Source of the DNA: a bacterium
GTDB lineage: Bacteria > Muiribacteriota > UBA6191
Direction of reading: 5' to 3'
Assembly (NCBI GenBank): GCA_036339875.1
Contig: JAYZAC010000009.1
Span: 1 to 12,864 of the forward strand
DNA: 12,864 nucleotides
The notes under the pieces are model-generated. The model was not told the DNA's origin, made no database searches, and saw only the letters and a list, made by a program, of their open reading frames with translations. Of this stretch, positions 7,029 to 12,864 are shown piece by piece; position 1 is the first letter of the stretch, and each line of letters starts with the position of its first letter. A program made the position numbers and the translations under genes.

Positions 7029-7985
7029 TTAAGCTTTGAGTGTATTAAATTGAGGTGCAAATAATGAACTCGATGTCATTGCAGCATATCCGGCCAGTGC
7101 CTTCCTCATTTGAAATTCAGGTACTTTGTCCTCTAAACGCCCGACCTTATTACCCTTAGATACGGTGCTAGACAGGTCTTCAATCACGTCGTCCATAGTG
7201 GGCTCTACATCCTCAGCTGAATCCGTTGACTCTTCTGATTTGTCGACTTCTCCTGAACCCGTAAGTTTGGCTTCAAATTCATCGGTCTTTTTATCATCAG
7301 CCTCGTCTTCAATTCGCTCTTCAGCGATCTCCTGTCGAGCTTGCGCGGCCATTTGAGCTGCCTCTGCGGCAACTGCCCGGTCTTGATTGCTTGGTTCAGC
7401 TGGAGCTAATGCTGCTCGTTGAATAGTCTCAGCCCGACTAAGAGTTTCTTCGGGCGTTTTACCTTCTGATGTGCTTATATTGACGTGACCACCTGTACGA
7501 TAGTTAACCTTGTCAGGGCCTTGAGTGTAGTCATAATGAATCGGTCCCGGTGAAAGAGCTCCCGCGACCGCTTTATGAGCTTGCTCATGTGCAACTACTT
7601 CGGCGTCGCGTTCTTTGAGTTCCTTTACCTTCTTTTGATCGTCTTCGCTTAACTCTTCTTGGTTGCCTGATTTAGGAGTATTTTGCTGATCACCGTCTAG
7701 TTCAGTAGGATCTTTCGGTGCTTTCTGGAACTCATTGCTGAAAAACCCCTGAGGTCTTTGAGAGCTCGGGCTCGGCGTTAAGTCGGCTACACTTGGCCCA
7801 ATGTTAGTTCTGGGGACAGTACGTTTGGTTTTGGTGAACTGATTATCAGTCTCTTCAACGGCTTCGAAGGAATCAACAGGATTTACACGACTAGGTTGAG
7901 CTGCCCCGCGCGTACGTGAAACAGTACCAATCCACTGATTGGCAGATAAACGCGGTATGTATGAGCTTGCTGCTGCTACTCGCAT
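7029..7985 (-). CDS. SprA-related family protein (putative HExxH metalloprotein)
   Basis: Core LKERDAEVVAHEQAH...GPD...GGHVNI...PEETL...IQRAALAPAEPSNQDRAVAAEA typical of the SprA-related family, flanked by low-complexity and acidic tails. AAGGA SD upstream on the - strand. No signal peptide. Confidence 0.88.
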   Translation of the reverse strand: MRVAAASSYIPRLSANQWIGTVSRTRGAAQPSRVNPVDSFEAVEETDNQFTKTKRTVPRTNIGPSVADLTPSPSSQRPQGFFSNEFQKAPKDPTELDGDQQNTPKSGNQEELSEDDQKKVKELKERDAEVVAHEQAHKAVAGALSPGPIHYDYTQGPDKVNYRTGGHVNISTSEGKTPEETLSRAETIQRAALAPAEPSNQDRAVAAEAAQMAAQARQEIAEERIEDEADDKKTDEFEAKLTGSGEVDKSEESTDSAEDVEPTMDDVIEDLSSTVSKGNKVGRLEDKVPEFQMRKALAGYAAMTSSSLFAPQFNTLKA

Positions 7986-8055
7986 TTTTTACACATCCTT
8001 GCCGACCCCTATTCCCGTCCATAGAATGAGCTTAAATAAAGCTGGGCCAAATACA

Positions 8056-8083
8056 TTATCGGCAGGAAGGACGAAAAAGTTGA
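8056..8083 (-). promoter_or_regulatory. Putative sigma28 (FliA/SigD)-type promoter for the SprA-related gene
   Basis: The minus strand reads TCAA-N16-GCCGATAA. The -10 element is a perfect match to the sigma28 consensus GCCGATAA and lies about 70 nt upstream of the ATG. Confidence 0.65.
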
Positions 8084-8169
8084 TATCTGATAGCTCGAAT
8101 TTTATGTTCTTTTTATCTTATATCGACAAAAATTATCTATATATAATCATTTTTGTATGATTTCGTTCC

Positions 8170-8211
8170 TTGAGGTATAAACTGGCCAACAGCTTATAAT
8201 TTGAGTATATT
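8170..8211 (+). promoter_or_regulatory. Possible sigma70-type promoter(s) for the 8229 ORF
   Basis: Perfect TATAAT at 8195-8200 with TTGAGG 19 nt upstream, or alternatively TGGCCA-N17-TATATT (8183-8211). GGAGG SD before ATG 8229. Confidence 0.35.
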
Positions 8212-8228
8212 ATGCCCCGGAGGAAACT

Positions 8229-8507
8229 ATGCCTGACTTTTTTAAACTTCATCAACGCCAAGACATTGTATTGGTGGAAAGAGCGGACCGTCAGTATTTA
8301 GCAGTGATATTAGGATACAATGAAGACAGTTACGTGTTGAAACCATTGGCTCCAGCTGAAAATGAAACTCTTGACACTCAAGCCATTGAGTCTGCTTTTG
8401 ATGATGATATTCTTCAAAAGGTTGGTAATCTTGACTTTGACGCCTTACACGAAGCTACTGAAGGAGCATTTAGCTTCGGTGACTATGTGGAGTTAGAAGA
8501 GTTTTAG
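8229..8507 (+). CDS. Small acidic hypothetical protein (92 aa), possible SH3/Tudor-like beta-barrel N-terminus
   Basis: Strong GGAGG SD and alternating beta-strand pattern DIVLVE..YLAVILGY..SYVLKP. Its stop overlaps the next start (TAGTG). Confidence 0.75.
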   Translation: MPDFFKLHQRQDIVLVERADRQYLAVILGYNEDSYVLKPLAPAENETLDTQAIESAFDDDILQKVGNLDFDALHEATEGAFSFGDYVELEEF

Positions 8508-8851
8508 TGGAAACTTTCGAGGAAAAACAATTTCGATTGAGGGAGGTAAGGGCTTTCCTTCTCTTTCAATGTAAGGTTTTAAGGAATCATCGTAAACGTA
8601 AAGTAATTGAAGCAGAACAAGAGCCTCAATTTTTGGTTGGCTCCGGAATGTCGTATGAACTTCAAAAAATGGAAGAATTTTTGACTCAATCAGAGACCAT
8701 AGAGAAGGCCTACATAGAAGTAATTACGTTCATTAAAAACTTGAGGGTTGAATTAGACTCAGGGAATGCTCAGCAGAATTTGGCGGAAGCTAAAGATTTT
8801 TTTGCACAAATTGAAACTTTAATGGACAAAATCGGACAAAACAAATTCTAA
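8507..8851 (+). CDS. Hypothetical helical protein (114 aa), translationally coupled to the upstream ORF
   Basis: GTG start shares a base with the upstream TAG. Amphipathic helical composition. No family recognised. Confidence 0.7.
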   Translation: METFEEKQFRLREVRAFLLFQCKVLRNHRKRKVIEAEQEPQFLVGSGMSYELQKMEEFLTQSETIEKAYIEVITFIKNLRVELDSGNAQQNLAEAKDFFAQIETLMDKIGQNKF

Positions 8852-8865
8852 ATCAACTCACTACG

Positions 8866-8893
8866 TAAACCTACAGGCCAAGCCTGACGATAT
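8866..8893 (+). promoter_or_regulatory. Putative sigma28-type promoter for the 8926 ORF
   Basis: TAAA(8866-8869)-N16-GACGATAT(8886-8893) versus consensus TAAA-N15/16-GCCGATAW. Intergenic, about 30 nt upstream of the GGAGG/GTG start. Confidence 0.5.
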
Positions 8894-8925
8894 CCAAAAA
8901 GTAATTCAATTTTGCGGAGGCTTGC

Positions 8926-9513
8926 GTGCTCACTGTTAGCATTTTAATAAATTTTTTTATACTCATGGGTATTGTTCTAGTGGTCTCCTATGTGGGTTTT
9001 GACCGGCGTCGAGAGCAGATTATTCAGCACGAATCGCGCTTACAAGACGCTAGAGTAATTGCGCGTCTCGCACAAGAGACCATGCATCTTCCGTCCTCCA
9101 CCTTAGTGCTCAGTAAATTTGCAAATTTACGCTTTAATCATAGAACTCGTAAATACCTACAAGATTTGGCTACGCATATGGATACAGAGTGTCATGATTT
9201 AATCAATCGAGTAGAAAACAAGTTTGTAAGAATCGATAATCGTGTTTTTGCTATGTTGAAATTGGTTCAAGAAGACTCAGAAGATCAAGAAAATAACTTA
9301 GTTAGTCAAATTAGTGATTCCCATGAGATGAAGTACAAAACTATTATGGACCAATTGGAGGCCCTCAATTGGGCTAAGAATTCTTCATCATTTTTTTACA
9401 CTTTCGCGGAATTGAATGACTTCTTGAATTCATATATTGGTCAAGTAGAGTCACAATCTAAGCAGCTAAAACGCTTGCAAAATCCCATGAGTTATCAAAG
9501 AATGCAGGCTTAA
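8926..9513 (+). CDS. Hypothetical protein with N-terminal transmembrane anchor and helical soluble domain (195 aa)
   Basis: GGAGG SD before GTG, hydrophobic first ~24 aa followed by DRRR, remainder helical or coiled-coil-like. Confidence 0.75.
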   Translation: MLTVSILINFFILMGIVLVVSYVGFDRRREQIIQHESRLQDARVIARLAQETMHLPSSTLVLSKFANLRFNHRTRKYLQDLATHMDTECHDLINRVENKFVRIDNRVFAMLKLVQEDSEDQENNLVSQISDSHEMKYKTIMDQLEALNWAKNSSSFFYTFAELNDFLNSYIGQVESQSKQLKRLQNPMSYQRMQA

Positions 9514-9604
9514 TTCATTTTTTTATTGAAACTGCAGGCATTGGTATGGTATTTGCATGTTCACCAGCCGTCGGTTAATTGAACCAAATGGTGGGACTAC
9601 AACT

Positions 9605-10180
9605 ATGAGACTTATACAAGCAACAAAAACATTTTTTAAAATAGTGTTTTCCAAGGACTATGCCGCTAGTTTGAAGGCATTACCTCAATTAGAAAACGAA
9701 TTGGGTAGTCTGAAGAAACAATTAGAGCGTCAAGAAATTGAAGCGCAACTAAAAAAAGAGCAGGAAAAGCAAAAGAAACAGAGTAAGCAAGATGAGCTTG
9801 CTGCTGGTGCAAGTGCTCTACTTACTCTTCTTCAAAAAGAAGCCCGCTTTCTCGACTTTGTTCAAGAGAATGTAGATTCTATTGACGATAATCGGATGGG
9901 GGCAGTCAGTCGATTGGTGCACAAGGATTTAGCAAGGACTTTTAAGCAATACGTCACGCTTGAACCTGTACTTGATCGTAATGAAGGTGAGTTAATAGAC
10001 ATTGAAGACGGATTCGATACGAGTGAAATCCGCCTAAGTGGTAATGTAGATAAGGAGCCACCATTCAAAGGGACTTTACGCCACAAAGGTTGGCTGATTA
10101 GTCATTTGAATCTTCCCAAGAAGGCAGCAAGTTCGAATCAATCGGTCTTATTACCTGCTGAAATTGAAGTACCAAATTAA
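9605..10180 (+). CDS. DUF2760 domain-containing protein (possible GrpE-like co-chaperone)
   Basis: LLTLLQKEARFLDFVQE...MGAVSRLVH...LEPV...EG...GFD...IRLSGNV...PPFKGTLRHKGW...LP...LPAEIEV matches my recollection of DUF2760, with an N-terminal coiled coil. GGTGGGA SD favours ATG 9605 over 9557. Confidence 0.85.
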   Translation: MRLIQATKTFFKIVFSKDYAASLKALPQLENELGSLKKQLERQEIEAQLKKEQEKQKKQSKQDELAAGASALLTLLQKEARFLDFVQENVDSIDDNRMGAVSRLVHKDLARTFKQYVTLEPVLDRNEGELIDIEDGFDTSEIRLSGNVDKEPPFKGTLRHKGWLISHLNLPKKAASSNQSVLLPAEIEVPN

Positions 10181-10203
10181 TTTTTATATAAAGAGAGTTA
10201 CCC

Positions 10204-11976
10204 ATGACTTATAAATATTTTGTGGGGATAGATTTGGGGACCACAAACTCCTCAGTTGCCTATTCCCGGGCTGAAGATTCTCAGTCTAAAATTGAACAAT
10301 ACAAAATTCATCAACTAGTATCCGAAGGACTTGTGGATGCTTTAGAGGTTTTACCTTCCTTAATCTACATTCCCTCAGAAAGAGATTTTCCCGAGGGTAG
10401 TCTAGAATTACCTTGGAATGATAGACCAAACGTTGTTATCGGCGAAATGGCTCGTCGTGAATGGTCAAGAGCAGGCTACAAGGTTGTTCATTCAGCTAAA
10501 AGTTGGCTTTGTCATAATTCGGTAGACCCGAAAGAATCTATTCTTCCATTCAAAAGCACATTGGATGATGAAAAAAAGATTTCAGCTTTTGAGGCAACTC
10601 AACTAATCTTGAATCATATTAAAGATTCTTGGAATCATGATGTTGAAGTTGGTGCCTTAGAAGGTTTGCTGGAGGATCAAAGTCTGGTTATTACAATTCC
10701 GGCTAGTTTTGATCCAGCTGCCCGCGATGCAACTCTAGAAGCTGCTCGCTCGATTGGTTTACAAAATGTACTTTTATTAGAAGAACCGCAATCCGCATTA
10801 TACTCTTGGATCGAAAGTCAAGGGGATAATTGGCGTGATAGCCTAGAGGTGGGTAAAAGTATTCTGGTCTGCGATATCGGTGGCGGTACAACAGATTTTT
10901 CATTAATGAAAACGGTTGATGAAGAGGGGACTTTAGGCTTCAAGCGAATTGCGGTTGGTAACCACATTTTGCTGGGTGGTGACAATATGGATCTTGCGCT
11001 TTCGCACATATTAAGAGCCAAATTGAAAGAATCCGGACAGACTCCTGATGATAAGCAATTTTCTTCTTTACAAGCTCAGGCTCGTGAAGCCAAAGAGCTA
11101 ATCTTGGGTGGAGATCAAGAGGAAGTTAAAGTGGTTTTAGCAGGTAGTGGTTCAAGTCTTTTTGCCAGTAGTATGGAAACCATTTTAACAAGATCCGAGG
11201 TTGATAAAGTCGTTATTGATGGATTTTTTGCAAGTGTGGAGCATAGTGAGCGACCTCGTCAGAATCGTGGTCTAGGACTTCGTGATATGGGTTTACATTA
11301 TGCTACGGATGCCTCGATTTTTAAGCATTTAGCACAGTTTTTAGGTTCACAAGATGAAGAATTTCATAAGCCAGATTTATTACTATTTAATGGTTCTATG
11401 TTTCGTGCTGAAATACTTCGTGACCGAGTCCGCGATGTATTAAGTACGTGGCCTGGAGATGAAGTCTACGAATTGGAGTCCAGAGACTTCCGTTTGGCAG
11501 TAAGCCGTGGAGCTACCTATTATTCAAGAGTTTCTAGTGGTGAAGGAATACGAATTAAAGCCTCTTTAGCCTTCAGTTACTATGTTGGTGTTGAAAAAGC
11601 CGAGATGGCCATTCCCGGAATGGAGCCTGAGTTATCTCTATTATGTATTGCTCCTCATGGAACAGAGGAAGGCAGTCGAATACGGTTTGAAGAGGAAAGT
11701 TTTTACTTGGTAACTGGTGAAACTTCTCAATTTCGACTATTTCGTTCAGCGTTTCGGCATGATTCTTTGGGGCAACGTCTCACTCATAACGAGGAAGAAT
11801 TCGAAGAGGTTAGCAGCTTAGAAAAATCCCTAGAGACTGTTGAAGGGGAACAGTATATACCTGTAGTAATTGAGACTGATGTTACCGAAATTGGGACATT
11901 GGATTTATTTTGCGCTTCCGTTAAAGAAGGCGAAAAACGTTGGAAACTTGAGTTTCAAGTTCGTGATGCAGCTTAG
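10204..11976 (+). CDS. Non-canonical Hsp70-family protein (DUF2760-associated type), copy 1
   Basis: Actin-like ATPase motifs VGIDLGTTNS, ITIPASF, LLEEP, CDIGGGTTDFS, LLGGDNMD, AVSRGA. The C-terminal ~140 aa lack the DnaK linker, the NLLG-type substrate-domain motifs and the helical lid. Confidence 0.93.
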   Translation: MTYKYFVGIDLGTTNSSVAYSRAEDSQSKIEQYKIHQLVSEGLVDALEVLPSLIYIPSERDFPEGSLELPWNDRPNVVIGEMARREWSRAGYKVVHSAKSWLCHNSVDPKESILPFKSTLDDEKKISAFEATQLILNHIKDSWNHDVEVGALEGLLEDQSLVITIPASFDPAARDATLEAARSIGLQNVLLLEEPQSALYSWIESQGDNWRDSLEVGKSILVCDIGGGTTDFSLMKTVDEEGTLGFKRIAVGNHILLGGDNMDLALSHILRAKLKESGQTPDDKQFSSLQAQAREAKELILGGDQEEVKVVLAGSGSSLFASSMETILTRSEVDKVVIDGFFASVEHSERPRQNRGLGLRDMGLHYATDASIFKHLAQFLGSQDEEFHKPDLLLFNGSMFRAEILRDRVRDVLSTWPGDEVYELESRDFRLAVSRGATYYSRVSSGEGIRIKASLAFSYYVGVEKAEMAIPGMEPELSLLCIAPHGTEEGSRIRFEEESFYLVTGETSQFRLFRSAFRHDSLGQRLTHNEEEFEEVSSLEKSLETVEGEQYIPVVIETDVTEIGTLDLFCASVKEGEKRWKLEFQVRDAA

Positions 11977-12000
11977 GTATCGAAGGGTTTGGATAAAGGA

Positions 12001-12864
12001 GTGAATCACTACATTGGTATAGATCTTGGAACGACTAATTGTAGTGTAGCAATTAGTCGTGGGGAACTAGTTGAAGATAAAGGGGTTCTTCAAGCTGTTG
12101 GTGAAGACTTATTTGAAAGTCGTAATCAATTACCTAGTTACCTTTATTTGATTGGTGAATCAGAGCAATCTAATTTTCAAAACTATCCGTTTATAAATGA
12201 TTTACCTGGTGTTTGCGGTCTCTTTGCCAAACAATGTTCTGAGACGCAACCAGCAAGGGTTGTGCGTTCAGCTAAGTCTTGGATATCGCTGGCAAATCAT
12301 AATTCTACTAATCGGATTTTGCCCTTTACTTCTGATAAGGAGAGTAATCAGTGCTTGTCAGCTGTGGAAGTTCAGTCTGCCTACTTACGTCAGATTCGAC
12401 TTTCATTGAATACTGTATTTGAAAATAATGAGCAGGTAGTAATTACTGTACCGGCTTCATTTAGTGAGTTTTCAAGAAGACTTACATTACAATCAGCAGA
12501 GCAGGCGGGTATCAAGAATGCTTTACTTCTGGAAGAGCCCTTGGCCGCTTTCTACAATTGGTTATTTTATCGAGAACATAAAACTACCAATTTTAGTACC
12601 GTACTAGTAATCGATGTAGGAGGTGGAACGACAGATTTTAGTCTTCTACGTCACGAAAAAGGTAACTGGAATAGATCGGCGGTGGGACGTCATCTACTTT
12701 TAGGTGGCGATAATCTCGATTTAGCTCTAGCTGTTCAAAAGGAAAAGCAATTAAATCGTAAATTGCATCCTGATGAATTCAATCAATTAATTTCACATTG
12801 TAGATCAGTAAAAGAAGACTTTTTGGCAAGTGATGAGGAGTTTCGTGAGTGTACAATTTTAAGT
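12001..12864 (+). CDS. Non-canonical Hsp70-family protein, copy 2 (3'-truncated by the window; absent from the ORF track)
   Basis: My translation from GTG 12001 is open to the window end (288 codons): MNHYIGIDLGTTNCSVA...LPSYLY...SAKSW...ILPF...ITVPASF...LLEEPLAAFY...IDVGGGTTDFSL...AVGRHLLLGGDNLDLAL. Alternative start TTG 11989. Confidence 0.93.
   Translation, partial: MNHYIGIDLGTTNCSVAISRGELVEDKGVLQAVGEDLFESRNQLPSYLYLIGESEQSNFQNYPFINDLPGVCGLFAKQCSETQPARVVRSAKSWISLANHNSTNRILPFTSDKESNQCLSAVEVQSAYLRQIRLSLNTVFENNEQVVITVPASFSEFSRRLTLQSAEQAGIKNALLLEEPLAAFYNWLFYREHKTTNFSTVLVIDVGGGTTDFSLLRHEKGNWNRSAVGRHLLLGGDNLDLALAVQKEKQLNRKLHPDEFNQLISHCRSVKEDFLASDEEFRECTILS

Noticed and set aside
7126..7356. Ser-rich 76-aa plus-strand ORF
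   Set aside because: Antisense mirror of the Glu/Asp-rich tail of the SprA-related gene.
7939..8160. 73-aa plus-strand ORF
   Set aside because: Overlaps the start and promoter of the SprA-related gene, TTG start without SD, and runs through AT-rich regulatory DNA.
8824..8841. Short tandem repeat GGACAAAA x2
   Set aside because: Only two copies inside coding sequence, consistent with chance and not an array.
9503..9556. TGCAGGC direct repeat and TTGAAA as a possible heat-shock promoter upstream of DUF2760
   Set aside because: No CCCCAT -10 for sigma32 and no CIRCE inverted repeat. The 7-nt repeat is too short to support a call.
9862..10086. 74-aa minus-strand ORF
   Set aside because: Antisense shadow of the DUF2760 domain.
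10703..11021. Two short minus-strand ORFs (66 and 67 aa)
   Set aside because: Antisense shadows of the Hsp70 ATPase domain, a well-known artefact for Hsp70 genes.
10204..11976. Calling this gene dnaK
   Set aside because: It lacks the DnaK linker, substrate-domain motifs and lid, has no dnaJ or canonical grpE context, and belongs to a distinct Hsp70 subfamily.
12197..12409. 70-aa plus-strand ORF from the track
   Set aside because: Out-of-frame inside the second Hsp70 gene (12001 to window end), which is the real CDS.

Overview
AT-rich bacterial chromosomal window, probably from a deep-branching diderm lineage. It begins with the 3' end of a 16S rRNA gene followed by tRNA-Ile(GAT) and tRNA-Ala(TGC). 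An intrinsic terminator follows instead of a 23S gene, so the rRNA operon appears unlinked. Next come a secreted subtilisin-like (S8) protease with its own promoter and terminator, a small orphan ORF, and a minimal polysaccharide export trio (short Wza/OPX, Wzc-type co-polymerase/tyrosine kinase, Wzy/O-antigen-ligase-family membrane protein). A convergent SprA-related HExxH protein sits behind a near-consensus sigma28 promoter, followed by three orphan ORFs, one also behind a sigma28-like promoter. The window ends with a DUF2760 gene and two tandem non-canonical Hsp70 paralogues. The second Hsp70 is missing from the ORF track because it runs off the window end. The best candidate for an undescribed system is the DUF2760/Hsp70/Hsp70 module, where DUF2760 shows GrpE-like motifs. 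No mobile element or CRISPR array was seen.
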